This document shows, in pieces, positions 39,265 through 51,807 of a stretch of DNA of 64,000 nt; the first letter of the stretch is position 1, and the number at the start of each line of letters is the position of its first letter. The stretch is from Scyliorhinus canicula. Lineage: Eukaryota. The DNA lies in assembly GCF_902713615.1 (NCBI RefSeq), contig NC_052172.1, positions 12,876,185 through 12,940,184 of the forward strand. Reading direction: 5' to 3'. Position numbers and translations under genes: made by a program. The notes below the pieces were generated by a model. It had not been told where the DNA came from. It made no database searches and worked only from the letters and a program-made list of their open reading frames with translations.

Positions 39265-41340
39265 ATTTTACAGCACAGAAAGAGGCCCTTTGGCTCATTG
39301 TTTCCCAGCGTCCTACCATTCATTGTGTATTCCTTGGCCTTGTTCGTCCTCCCAAAATGCATCGCCTCACATTTTTCAGGATTAAATTCCATTTGCCACT
39401 GTTCTGCCCATCTAACCAGCCCGTCTATCTCGTCCTGTAATCTAAGGCTTTCCTCCTCGCTATTTAGCACACCATCAATTTTTGTGTCATCTGCAAACTG
39501 ATCATACCTCCTACATTCGCTTCCAGATCATTAATGTACACGACAAACAAATGACCCAACACCCAACCCTTAAAATTGTCAGAGCCTCTGTAATCACCTC
39601 CCTTGCCTCCCACAGCAGCCTGGGATACATCTCATCTGGGCCTGGGGATTTATCCACTTTAAAGTCCACCTATCCACTTTTAAGCCTACCTAAACCGTTA
39701 ATACCTCCTCCATCTCAATGTTCAAGTATATCACAGTCTCGCTGTCGGCTTTTTATACCGACATCGTCGTTGACCATTGTGAACACAGATGCAAAATACT
39801 AATTTAAAACCTCACCTATGTCTTTCGGCTCTACAGATTGCCACTTGGCCCCTAATGGGCCTACTCTTTCCCTGGTCAACCTCTTGCCCTTTATTTTCCT
39901 TTATTTTGCCCCCCACTGTTTTTTCATGCCCCCCTTCACTCTACTAGTTGACCATCGAAGGTTCTCTGGACTTGTTGCTCCCACCCTTCATCTTCACAGG
40001 AACATGTTGACCCTGTGCTCCCTCTAATTTCTTATTGAATGAATCCCATTGCTCTGATTTTCCTACAAGTAGCTGCTCCTAGTCGTCTTTGGCCAAATCC
40101 TGTCTTATCCTATTAAAATTGGCTTTCCACCAATTCAGAACCTGTATTTCAATCTATCTGTGCCCCTTTCCATAATTACCTTAAATCCGACTGAGTTATG
40201 GTCACTGTCACCAAAATGCTCCCCTGCTGAAACTTCTACCACTTACTCGGCTTCATTCCCTGAAACTAGGTCCAGCATCGCCCCCCCTCCTCTCTTGGCA
40301 TTAAAAAGCTCTCCTGGGTACATTTTAAGAATTCATTCCCCTCTAAGTCTTTCACACTTTGATTATCCCAGTTAATATTGGGGAAGTTGAAAACCTCTCC
40401 TAAATAGTACCCTATTACTTTTACAGTTCTCTGAGATTTGCCTACATATCTACTCCTCTATCTCTCCCTGACCGTTCGGGGTACACCCGCAGTATTCCCT
40501 TTTTCTACCTATGTCTGTTTGCCCTCCGCCTTCAGAATGCCCTGCAGCCATTCAGTGACATCTTGACCCTAGTACCAGGTAGGCAACACACCACTCTGGA
40601 GTCGCGTTCGCAGCTGCAGAAACATCTGTCTGGACCCCTCGCTATTGAATTTCCTATCGCTATTGCTTGGCCCACTCTTTCTCACTTCCCCTTGTGCAGT
40701 AAGGCCACCCACAGTGCCGTGAACTTGGCTCTGGCCTCCCCAGAGGAACTGTCACTCCCACCATTTTTGCAACACAGTAAAACGGTTCTCGAGCGAGATG
40801 CAGTCTGGTGCTTTTCTAAGTATCTGCCTGCCTCCTTTCTTCTGACTGGTGGTCAACCATCCCTTCTCTGACTGCACTTATTTACGCTGCAGGGTGACCA
40901 CGTCTTAAAACGTGCTATCCACGAACATCTCAGCCTCATGGATGCACCTCAGTGCCTCCAGCCGACGCTATGAAACCGGAGCTCAAGTTGATCAAACCGG
41001 TGGTATTTCCCCAAGTGGTTATCTAGACTGTGTGGAGTGTCTACGATTTCCCACATGCTGCAAGTGGTGCAGCGCACAGGACCGAGCTCCCCTGCCATAG
41101 CTTTAGTTAAAAGACTCTTAAATAAATTTATACTGGACATAAGTTTAAGGTACATTTTTTATTTTAAAGCTAAAACTCTTACCTTAAGGTAGCTTTAAAG
41201 GGGAGGAAACAACTTACCCACTACCTCCCAATCAGCTCCCTCTCTTGTGCCGCTATCACTTTTCAGAAATTGATGTCAACTCTTCCTGTGCGGTTGAGTG
41301 CTCTGCTCCGCAACCCTCCCTCCCCCTCTCCCTCACAGGT
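39265..41340 (-). mobile_element. Internally deleted, degraded CR1 including an ORF1 N-terminus remnant
   Basis: WAEQWQMEFNPEKCEAMHFG (RT end); MAGELGPVRCTTCSMWE (CR1 ORF1 Cys-rich start). Confidence 0.75.
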
Positions 41341-41695
41341 CAACTCCTGTCGCTGTAACTTAACTCTTATTATCTATATTCAGTCCATCGTGCCATAGAA
41401 ACCCTACAGTGCCGATTCGGCCCATCAAGTTTGCACCAGCCCTCTGAAAAAGCACCCTATCTAGGCCCACTAACCTGCAAATCTGTGGACACGAAGGCGC
41501 AATTTAACACAGCCAATCCACCTAACCTGCACACCTTTGGACTTTGGACAGAAACGGGAACACCCGGCAGGAAAGCGCACGCAGACACGGGGAGAGAATG
41601 TGCAAACTCCACACAGTGTCACTCAAGACCGGAATTGAACCCGGGTCCCTGGTGCTATGATGCAGCAGTGCTAACCACTGTGCCACCCATGCTGT

Positions 41696-41734
41696 TTATA
41701 TATATATATATAGTATATATATATATATATATAT
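41696..41734. repeat. (TA)n microsatellite
   Basis: Direct read. Confidence 0.95.
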
Positions 41735-42641
41735 AGAGATTTTATATATTAGGTCCTTCCCCCTCTTCTCCGAATTCCAACTGTCTCCAAACTCCCAATT
41801 AAGCTACTCTTTTCGAATGGCACTCCGTTTCTGAACTGCTCTGCGGCCGAGTACTATTCAACCACATCTCATATCGTGCAATGGTACATCCATTGAATGT
41901 GATAGGCACTATATAAAGGCTGACACTTTCTTCTTTTAAACATTTAGAGTACCCTATTCTTTTTTTTTCCAATTAAGGGGCAATTTAGCGTGGCCAATTC
42001 CCCCACACGGCACATCATTGTGTTCTGGGGATGCAACCCACGCAGGCAGGGGGCGAATATGGCGAACTCTTTCCTAATGTGTAATTGCAAGCTCCCCCAT
42101 GAGTCAGTCCTGAACCAAAATACAGCAGCTGGATAGTCCGTCGGCGGAATCTTCCGTTTCGCCGGCAGCAAACTCACGCCTGCGGATTTCCCGATGACAT
42201 GGGGGCGTCCATAATGGGAAACCCCATTGGTCGACTGCCAGGGCAGAAAGTCCCACTGCTGGCGGGGGCGCGCCACATCCGAAAACGGGTACGGTGGGAG
42301 GGAGAATCCCACCCTTGGTGTTTAAGCATCCCGTTACAACCTTTCCCAAATCCTATTTGATGCCCATAACCGTCGTGGGCAACTCTAAACTGCTCTCAGA
42401 AATGGCCAAGCAAGCTGCATCAGATAAACCACAATTGCAACGTTCAAGAAGGCGTCCCACCATCAGGTCAACTGGGCTCACCCCAAAAAAATGAGTTTTG
42501 AAAATTGCTTCCCTTATTTCCTCTGGCTGTTATACTTTTAGTTGCAGTTTTATTTATCCAGAAAATTCAAACTTCGTTTTTTTTCTTTCGTGTTTTTCTA
42601 GTCTATTTTTTGTTTAAACTTTTAACAGGTCCCCCCTCCTC

Positions 42642-42959
42642 TCACTGCAGCTCGTCCAGGAGGCGCTCCAGCCTGTCCCTCTTGGTGCCCGAGAACTCGC
42701 CCATCTTGGCGGAGCGCTTGAAGAAGTGGAAGGTTGGCATGCAGGTGATGCCGGCCGACCGGGCCATGGGCTCGGCGTCATCCACGTCCACCTCCACGAA
42801 GACGACGTTGGCCATCTGCTCGGAGAGGTTGTAGAAGTGCGGCCGGATCAGGCGGCAGTTGCTGCACCACTCGGCCGAGTACATGACCACCACCAGCTGC
42901 TCGGTCTGGCTCAGCAGGGCGGTCAGCTGCTTGGCGTCCTCCACGTGTCTCACCACCAT
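42642..42959 (-). CDS. Thioredoxin-like protein C (105 aa), active site WCSNC
   Basis: LVVVMYSAEWCSNC..IRPHF..VVFVEVDVDD..GITCMPTFHFFK..KMGEFSG matches the TXN fold. Kozak ggcagcATGG; AATAAA (minus) at 42549-42554. Confidence 0.9.
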   Translation of the reverse strand: MVVRHVEDAKQLTALLSQTEQLVVVMYSAEWCSNCRLIRPHFYNLSEQMANVVFVEVDVDDAEPMARSAGITCMPTFHFFKRSAKMGEFSGTKRDRLERLLDELQ

Positions 42960-42964
42960 GCTGC

Positions 42965-43200
42965 CGCTTCCGGGTCCCTGGCCCCACTGGCCCCGCCCTC
43001 CTCAGCAATCACCCCCTCCCATTGTGACCAGCCCCCCATTGTGACGTCAATTGGCCGATTCTCATTGGCCGCTGCAGATTGCTACTTACTTTCTTATGAA
43101 TGGGCCCGCGAGGGCAGCGGCTCCATTGGGTGGAAGGCGGCTGATTGATGGGGCGGGGAGCCAATCAGACGGGGGGGGCTTTTCCTGGCCGCCTCGACGC
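42965..43200 (-). promoter_or_regulatory. Putative promoter of Trx-like C (CRE abutting a CCAAT box)
   Basis: TGACGTCA at 43042-43049 immediately followed by ATTGG at 43050-43054; more ATTGG/CCAAT at 43064, about 43125 and about 43161; GC boxes. Confidence 0.7.
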
Positions 43201-43273
43201 CTGGCGGGAGCTCTCACCAGGGGGCACAGAAAGATCCCAGAGACAGCATGGCCTTATGACCAAAGCTCGGCAA

Positions 43274-43368
43274 TCTAAAACTCTGAATTATGTCTAAAAC
43301 TCTGAATTGTCTAAAACTCTGAGTAACGTTGAAAACTCTGAATAATGTCTAAAACTCTGAATTATGTA
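43274..43368. repeat. ~19-bp tandem repeat (aaaactctgaattatgtct), about 5 copies
   Basis: Direct read. Confidence 0.9.
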
Positions 43369-43605
43369 CATAAAACTTTTCACTGTACTTCCGTACATGT
43401 GACAATAAATATCAATTAATCGATCTCTCTCAGCAGCAGAATAAGGGAGGCGGACCATTCTGGACCCCCCCCCCCCCCCCGCCTCCGCAGCAGATCCACC
43501 TCTGATTGACTTATTCTCAGGGTCAGTGAATGCATCCTATAACATGACATCACATGCCCACCGCACCACCAACCTCTTAGTTTGCGGTCACGAGTGTGCA
43601 CCTGT

Positions 43606-43835
43606 GGGAGGCATACGGTGGGCGCAGTGGTTAGCAGTGCTGCCTCACGGCGTCGAGGACCTGGGGTGGATTCGGGCCCCGGGTCACTGTCCATGTGGAG
43701 TTTACTCATTCTCCCCGTGTCTGCATGGGTCTCACCCCCACAACCCAAAAAGATGTGCAGGGTGCGTGGATTGGCCACGCTGAATTGCCCCTTAATGGAA
43801 AAAAAAAAGAATTGGGTACTTTAAATTAAAAAAAA
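43606..43835 (+). mobile_element. Type-C SINE
   Basis: tRNA head and tail gaattgggtactttaaattaaaaaaa. Confidence 0.8.
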
Positions 43836-43998
43836 CAAAACAAATGTGCACATATTGGTGAGGGGAGTTAAGCAAGTAAGGATTAAGTGAAGGTTTTTCA
43901 AAGTGCGGGTCACTGGCGGGCGTTGCTGAAGGCTTAGCTACCAATGTTGCCTCAAATAAATTCAGGAATTCTCAAGAGGCCAGAATTGGAAGAGTGCA

Positions 43999-44702
43999 GG
44001 GCCGGGATTCTCCCCTACCCGGCGGGGCAGGGGGTCCCGGCGTGATGGAGTGGCGTGAACCACTCCGCCGTCGGGCTGCCCCAAAGGTGCGGAAGTCTCC
44101 GCACCTTTAGGGACCAAGCCCTCACCAAGCCCGCACCGGAGTGGTTGGCGCTCTGCCGGCTGGCCTGGACGGCCTTTGACGCCACGCCAGTCGGGGCCGA
44201 AGGGACTTCGCCGGCTGGCGTAAGTCCACGCATGCGCCGGAGCGTCAGTGGCTGCTGATGTCATCCCCGTGCATGCACAGGGGAGGGGGTCACTTCTGCC
44301 TCCGTCATGGTGAAGACCATGGTGAAGGCAGAAGGAAAAGAGTGCCCCCACGGCACAGGCCCGCCCGCCGATCGGTGGGCCCCGATCGCGGGCCAGGCCA
44401 CTGTGGGTGCACCCCCGGGGGCCAGATCACCCCGCGCACCCCAGGACCCCGGAGCCCGCCCGCGCCGACTGCTCCCGCCGGTAAGGTAGGTGGTTTGATC
44501 CACGCCGGCGGGAGAGGGTTGACAGCGGTGGGACTTCGGCCCATCGCGGGCCAGTGAATCGCCGGGGGTGGGCCGGTCGACTGGCACGGCGCGATTCCCG
44601 CTGAATCTCTGGTAGCGGAGAATTCGGGACACGGCGGGGGCGGGATTGACGCCGGCCCCCAGCGATTCCCTGACCCGGCAGGGGGTCAGAGACTCCCACC
44701 CC
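43999..44702. mobile_element. GC-rich non-autonomous TIR element
   Basis: Ends gggccgggattctc / gagactcccaccc; shares the internal gatcggtgggcccCgatcgcgggccagg with 11889-12334. Confidence 0.7.
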
Positions 44703-45732
44703 AGATATCTCAGCAGGTTATAGGGTCAGAGACTTAGGCCGGAGTGTTCTAACCATTCACACCGGCAGGATCTCCTGGTGCCGCCAACAATGTATCTCCG
44801 CCGCGGGTTTCACAGCAGCGAGGAGTGCATTCAACAGGAAGCCCTGTTGACCACAGCCGGGCCAGAGGACCACACTGCCAGCTAATGGCAGGCCGGTACC
44901 GCCGCCGCAAAACACACGGCACATTTACACAATAAACCCTGCCCATAGACACAGAGAAATTAAAACAAGGGGTGAGAGCTTAAAAATCAAAGTGTTGCTC
45001 AGCTGTGAGTCAATGTAGGTCAGCGAGCGATGGATTAACGGAACACGGTGCGAGCTAGGACATGGGCAGCAGAGTTTGCGTTGACCACTAGTCTATGGAG
45101 GGCAGAATACGGAGGCTGGCCTGGCGTGCGTTGTCATCGTCAAGTCGAGAGGTAGTATCGGGATGATGAGGGATTCAGCAACAGCCGAGGCAGGGCCAGA
45201 GTCCGGTGGCTCTGGACCTATGGTTCTGACAGCTCTCCACCATTGGTGGTTTTTTTAACCCCACCACTGGGTTTTCTGTAGACTAATTGATAAGGAGTCA
45301 TTGTTACGATTAGGTAATTCTATTATCGTTGAATCATGTGACAAACACGATTGTAGAAGGCAAACAAACTGGTCCTTGGCTGTTTAGTCCATTAGTTCTG
45401 TTGAAATACTATTGACCTGAAATGTTAAGCATGGCCTGCCCTCCCCACGACCCTGCTCAGTGGTTCCAGCCTTTTCGATTATACTCGGCTTTGGTCCTGC
45501 CTAACACCATTCCCCTGAATGAGGCATTTACTCATCGAGTGACTGGGTCGTTCAGAGTCAAATATGTTTGCCAAGTCTTTTTACACATCAGCAGCTTGCC
45601 AAGGCTCCTGTGACCATCTGGAAGAGCAAGGGAAGCAGATCTTGGGAACACCACCCTCACCACGTTCCCCTCCCTCCCAGCCACACACCATCCTGACTTG
45701 GAAATGTGTCACTATTCTATCATCATTCACTG

Positions 45733-45929
45733 TGTGAGGCACGAAAGTGACGTCAGTAATCAAAGGCTTTAATAAACAGAGAACAGGGCAGCATCCAAGA
45801 GAAGTGTGCTCGCAAAATGGAGTCTCATCTTAAATACTATTTCCAGGGGGCGTAGCCAGAGGCGGAGTCCCCCAGGGTTCCAAGCCTCTTAAAGGGGCAA
45901 GGTATTAAAGGTAAATACCGATCATCACA
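45733..45929 (-). mobile_element. Small solo LTR in an older LINE/SINE tail
   Basis: TG...CA ends, ATTAAA on the minus strand, contains TGACGTCA; the host sequence resumes after it. Confidence 0.5.
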
Positions 45930-46999
45930 CTGGGTCAAATCTGGAAACTCCTTAACTAAGAGGGCTGCGGGGTCCCTTCACCCCACAGACTCTCGTATTT
46001 CAAGGCACCTCAAGGGCAAACAGGAATGGGCAATAATTTCTGACCTTGCGAGTGATCTCCATCTCCCAAGAATTAATTTTTGAACAGCACACGATGTGAA
46101 AACCCAGTGAGTTTTTTTTAATTTGGGTTCATGTTAAAAATGTAGACTACCTAACACAAATGGCCACAGATACTGAACCTGCAAATAACGATTCCTAATG
46201 TAAGGTGGTAAAGATAAGGCTTGGAAATGCTGTCTAAAAGGGCACTTCACTGTAGAAAACATACTTGTGCACAAACATGTAGTTTGCTGTCACAAATGGA
46301 CATGTTTATGGGTTTATGGAGTAACGGTTAGATTATCCAGACATACCCAGATACAGAAAATATATTAATCATTAAAGTTGCAAATTTATAATTTTCAGAG
46401 AAATGGACATAAATTAGGAGGGGGTTATTGGGTTACGGGGATAGGGTGGAAGTGAGGGCTTGGGCGGGTCGGTGCAGACTCGATGGGCCGAATGGCCTCC
46501 TTCTGCATTGTATGTTCTAAATCTCTAAAATATTGGTTAAAAATACCATTATCCCATGTAATAGAATAGGGCTTACTCAGTCGCTGCAAGTCAATGATTC
46601 TGATCAGAGGGTTTGAACCCCTCAATGCTTAGAGAAACATTGTATCAGTTGGCATAAAAATACGATCGGTAAAAGAATTATGAATGAGCATATATTTATA
46701 TAGTAGGGGTGAGTGAGATTACCAGAGAGCAATGAATACACTGTGAGCTCTCCATATGCTGCACACTTCACCCTATCAAATATCAGAGAGGATCTTCTTT
46801 CAACCATTAAGTAAAAAGCCAAAGTAGCAATTAGTGTACAGTAATTTTTTGCAAACAATTGACATTAAACTGAATGACCAGCCAATCGCTATTGGATGGA
46901 ATTGGTTGAGGGAGGAACCCTGGCCAACACGACACAATTCCGCTACTTTTCAAATGCAGGAATTCACATGAACTGGTAGCTTAAGCCAGTTTAACAGGT

Positions 47000-49725
47000 T
47001 GATGCGACCATCAATTCACTCAAGACACGAGTGGAAGTAAACTGTGGCTTTAATCGACTTACAACTGAGCCTGCCTGCGACCAGAAGAACTAAGGACAGG
47101 CTCACAAGACCGCAGCACTTTATACTTCCGGTATTGGGAGGAGCCATGGGCAGAGCCAAGATTGGAGCCCTGTACATGCTCCCCATCACCCCCTATGGGC
47201 AGAGCCACGCAACGGCTCACAGATGGAGCCCACAGGGACACAGTGATATACAGTGTGAATTATACGCATTATACATTCACCTCATTCACCCCCTGTAAAA
47301 AAAATCAAGTCCGGCGGGGGTGACGGGTCTACAGATTGAGTTGGTCCGGTGTCCGAATCGTCCGCTGGGATCTGCGGAGCACCTGGTTTGCAGCCGCTTC
47401 AGATGGCTGGGTGCTGATGTCCGGTGTGAATCTGAGGGTGGACTCCGGGGGTGGTTCGTTCAGAGCTTCGTTCCTGACCGGTGCGATGGGCGAAAGGGGG
47501 CGCAGGAAACCTGTTGGCGCAGGGCGTGGGGGGCCTGGTGGGGTGTAGTGTGAGGGGTATCTCAGCTGTGGTGGTGGTAGTGGTGGTGGATCCTGCAGGC
47601 GCCAGGTCCCAGAGGGAAACGGTGTCCTGCCGGCCATCAGGGTGTTCGATAAAGGCACAGTGGTGGTTTGAATGTAGCAGTAGTACCCTCGCTACCAGCG
47701 GGTCAGTTTTATGTGTCCGGACGTGCTTCCGGAGGAGAACCGGGCCCGGTGTCCTCAACCAAGATGGAAGCAAGGCCCCCGTGGTAGTGCCCCTAGGGAA
47801 AACAAATAATCGCTCGTCAGGAGTCTGATTAGTGGCCATACACAGGAGGGACCTAATTGCATGGAGCGCGTCTGGGAGGACCTCCTGCCAGTGGGAGGTC
47901 GGGAGATTGCTGGACCGGAGGGTCAGTAGGACAGTCTTCCAGACCGTCGCGTTCTCCCTCTCCACTTGCCCGTTCCCCCTGGGGTTATAGCTGGTAGTCC
48001 TGCTCGAGGCAATGCCCTTGTCGAGCAGGTACTGACGCAGCTCGTCACTCATGAAGGACGAACCCCTGTCACTGTGGACGTAGCTGGGGAAACCAAACAG
48101 GGTGAAGACACTGTGCAGGGCTCTGATGACTGTATGGGAGGTCATATCGGGGCACGGGATGGCAAACGGGAAGTGCAAGATTTCATGTATAGTGTTAAGA
48201 AAATAGATATTACGGTTGGTCGAGGGGAGGGGCCCTTTGAACTCAATACTTAGTCGTTCAAAGGGCCGGGATGCCTTTACCAGGTGGGCCTTGTCTGGTC
48301 TATAGAAGTGCGGTTTGCACTCCGCACAGATCGGGCAATCCCTGGTGACGGCTTTGACCTCCTCGGTGGAGAAAGGCAGATTTCGGGCTTTGATGTAATG
48401 GGCGAGCTGGGTGACCCCCGGGTGGCAGAGGTCATTGTGGAGAGCCTGTAATCGGTCGTCTTGCGCGCTGGCGCATGTGCCGCGGGACAGGGCATCTGGG
48501 GGCTCGTTGAGCTTCCCCGGTCGATATATGATGTCATAATTATAGGCGGAGAGTTCGATCCTCCACCTCAAGATTTTATCGCTTTTTATTTTGCCCCGTT
48601 GCGAGTTGTCGAACATGAAGGCAACCGATCTCTGGTCAGTGATGAGGGTGAACCTCCTACCTGTGAGGTAGTGTCTCCAGTGCCGTATGGCTTCCACAAT
48701 GGCTTGAGCTTCTTTTTCGACTGAGGAGTGTCGAACTTCTGAAGCGGAGAGGGTCTGGGAGAAGAACGCTACTGGCCTACCTGCCTGGTTCAGAGTGGCA
48801 GCGAGAGCGACCTCTGAGGCGTCGCTCTCCACCTGAAAGGGGACAAATTCATCCACCGCCTGCATGGCGGCTTTGGCGATGTCCTCCTTGATGCAGTTGA
48901 AGGCCCGGCGGGCCTCAGCTGACAGTGGGAATAGTGTGGTCTTAAATAGTGGGCAGGCTTTGTCCGCGTACTGGGGGACCCACTGGGCGTAATAGGAGAA
49001 GAATCCAAGGCACCTCTTGAGGGCCCTGGAACAGTGAGGGAGAGGGAGTTGTAAGAGGGGGCGCATACGGTCCGGGTCAGGCCCCAGGACCCCGTTTTCC
49101 ACAACATAGCCGAGGATGGCTAGCCTGGTTGTGCGGAAAACGCATTTCTCCTTGTTGTATGTGAGGTTGAGTTTTTTGGGCGGTTTGGAGAAATCGGTGG
49201 AGGTTGGCGTCGTGGTCCTGCTGGTCATGGCCGCAGATGGTGACGTTATCCAAGTACAGAAACGTGGCCCGCAGCCCGTACTGGTCCACCATTCGGTCCA
49301 TTGCTCGTTGGAACACCGAGACCACAGTCGTGACGCCAAAGGGGACCCGGAGGAAATGGAAGAGGCGGCCATCTGCCTCGAATGCTGTGTAGTGGCGGTC
49401 CTCCGGGCGGATTGGGAGCTGGTGGTAAGCAGACTTCAGATCCACCGTGGAGAAGATGGAGTAAAGAAGATGCGGTACTGGGCAATCTGGTTGACCATGT
49501 CTGCAATTCTGGGGAGGGGGTACGCATCGAGGTGTGTGAACTGGTTAATGGTTTGGCTGTAATCAACCACCATCCGGAACTTGCTCTCCAGGGGCTATTA
49601 CTGGCCTCTATGACTCCCTCACGTAGGAGCCGCTGGACTTCGGGTCTAATAAATACCCTGTCCTGCAGGCTGTACCGCCTGCTGCGAGTGGCTACGGGTT
49701 TGCAGTTAGCGGTGAGGTTGGCGAA
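47000..49725 (-). mobile_element. 5'-truncated Ty3/Gypsy LTR retrotransposon (RT-RNase H-integrase plus 3' LTR 47000-47284)
   Basis: DLKSAYHQ, YLDNV, RNase H ESDAS..LITDQ, integrase HHCC (LHNDLCHPG..CPIC), HSDRG, GQVER; polypurine tract agggggtgaa before the LTR; frameshifted. Confidence 0.93.
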
Positions 49726-49751
49726 GTCGAACCTGTTGGACTTTAACCTGG

Positions 49752-49964
49752 TGTTGTAAGACTTCTTACTGTGCACACCTGTATTAGGTAGGACCTGTAC
49801 TACAGGTTCGCCGGTCGCCCCTGCCGGCTGGCTCCGCCCAGTAGGAGGAGCATGTCCTCTATTCAACAGCCATTTCGCCAGCTGCTGTGGGAGGCTACAC
49901 ATCTGACTGCAATAAAGCCTCAGTTGTATCCAACCTTAGTCTTTGTACAATTGATCGTGCATCA
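49752..49964 (+). mobile_element. Unrelated small LTR at the truncation point of the Gypsy copy
   Basis: tgttgtaag...aataaag...gatcgtgcatca. Confidence 0.55.
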
Positions 49965-50089
49965 CAGATATGTTATATTGTATGTATTTCGAGTATCCAA
50001 TTTATTTTTTCCAATTAAGGAGCAATTTAGCGTGGCCAATCCACCCACCTTGCACATCTTTTGGGTTGAGGGGGCGGAACCCACACAAA

Positions 50090-51272
50090 CACGGGGGTTC
50101 TCCGTTTCTGAGACTAAGTGTTGACGTCAACGCAGAATTCGTAGACTTTCACAGCAGCCAATCTGGTGCTGCACCTGGACCGATTCAGTTACTGTTAAGG
50201 GGCAAAAACCAGTGCCGCGTGGAACACAATTGATTCCAAGGAAAAAACGGTGCGGGATTCGCCGGGTCCATGATTGACACTCAGGAAGCTGAGAAGCTGC
50301 AGCCGCATATACACACTTCACTCCCCACACACACTCATCCCAGCCAACAAGATGGCACTGGTTGTGCTGGGGCACATTCATACAGCTGATGGGTCGGCTG
50401 GGGCCAGAGGGTACCCAGGGGAGTGACATAGAACATAGAACAGTACAGCACAGAACAGGCCCTTCGGCCCTCGATGTTGTGCCGAGCAATGATCACCCTA
50501 CTCAAAGCCACGTATCCACCCGATACCCGTAACCCAACAACTCCCCCCCTTAACCTTACTTTTTAGGACACTACGGGCAATTTAGCATGGCCAATCCACC
50601 TAACCCGCACATCTTTGGACTGTGGGAGGAAACCGGAGCACCCGGAGGAAACCCACGCACACACGGGGAGGACGTGCAGACTCCACACAGACAGTGACCC
50701 AGCCGGGAATCGAACCTGGGACCCTGGAGCTGTGAAGCATTTATGCTAACCACCATGCTACCTGCTGACGTGGAGGGGACACCCATATGACCCGCGGCAC
50801 TAAGTTCACAGCTGCGGCAATGCTGTTCCGTGTCTGTCCACCCCGACCCCATAGCTCACCTTCTGGCCAACCCCCGCTATTCCCCCCCCCCCCGGGTCCT
50901 GGCAGAAGCTCCCCAGGGAATGGCACAACTGTCAGTACACTATGGCAATATTGGCTTTCCATACCCCCTCTCTCTCCCCATCAGCAGCCACCATGTTGGT
51001 TTCAAGATTTCTAAAAGCACATGTGAACCGCACCGTTGGGAACTCGGCCCATCGGAGCAGAATCGGGAAGGCCCCAGAGAATACTGGGTTGGGCCCACTA
51101 ATGATATGCCAAAGGAGTTTACTGTGCGTGCATGCCGGAACGCATTAGTACCACTGTCGAGGTGATGGAGAATCGCGATTTGGTGTCAAATCGGCGCCCA
51201 CCATGATTTTGCCGTAGGAGCTGATTCTCCGCCCAATCGTGTTTTGGCATCGGCCAACAGAGAATCCCGCCC
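50090..51272. mobile_element. GC-rich TIR element interrupted by a type-A SINE (about 50427-50764, -)
   Basis: Right end gagaatcccgccc; full SINE inside. Confidence 0.65.
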
Positions 51273-51807
51273 ATTGTGTTTGCTCTTCGGAAGGTGATGC
51301 AGTTACCAGGGGTTGAAGCAGTCAGCTGTTGAGTTTCAGTTTGCGGTTTTAGTTCAGACCAGCAACTTTCCTCAAAGCAACGGTTAAAATGATTTTTCCT
51401 GTGAACACAGGCAAGAATCTGAAGCTGGTTCCTGAAGGGTTACTCTGAGAGAGTCTTTATTCCAAAATATCTCTTTACAGCAACTATCCCTGGGTTGTAT
51501 TTAAAAATGGATTTTGACCTGAGATGGGTTTTGCTAGAATGGAGAGAAAAGGTAACAGTTTGGATTTTGTGTTTCATGTTATAGTTAAGCATTGCTGAAG
51601 ATCATGGAATTGATCATAGAATTTACAGTGCAGAAGAAGGCCATTCGACCCATCAAGTCTGCACTGGCTCTTGGAAAGAGCACCCCACCCAAGGTCCACA
51701 CCTCCACCGTATCCCCATAACCCAGTAACCCCACCCAACACTGTCCTAAATTACTGAACTGGTAATTATGAGGTATTTTTCTTTGTGATATTAAAGTTAG
51801 TAAAACT

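Noticed and set aside
45748-45755. TGACGTCA as a sign of a fifth thioredoxin promoter
   Set aside because: It lies inside a small LTR-like insertion and no Trx-like ORF or remnant is visible nearby.
47399-49372. 657-aa ORF as a domesticated host gene
   Set aside because: Frameshifted within RT, no gag or protease, still attached to its PPT and LTR: a decaying Gypsy pol.
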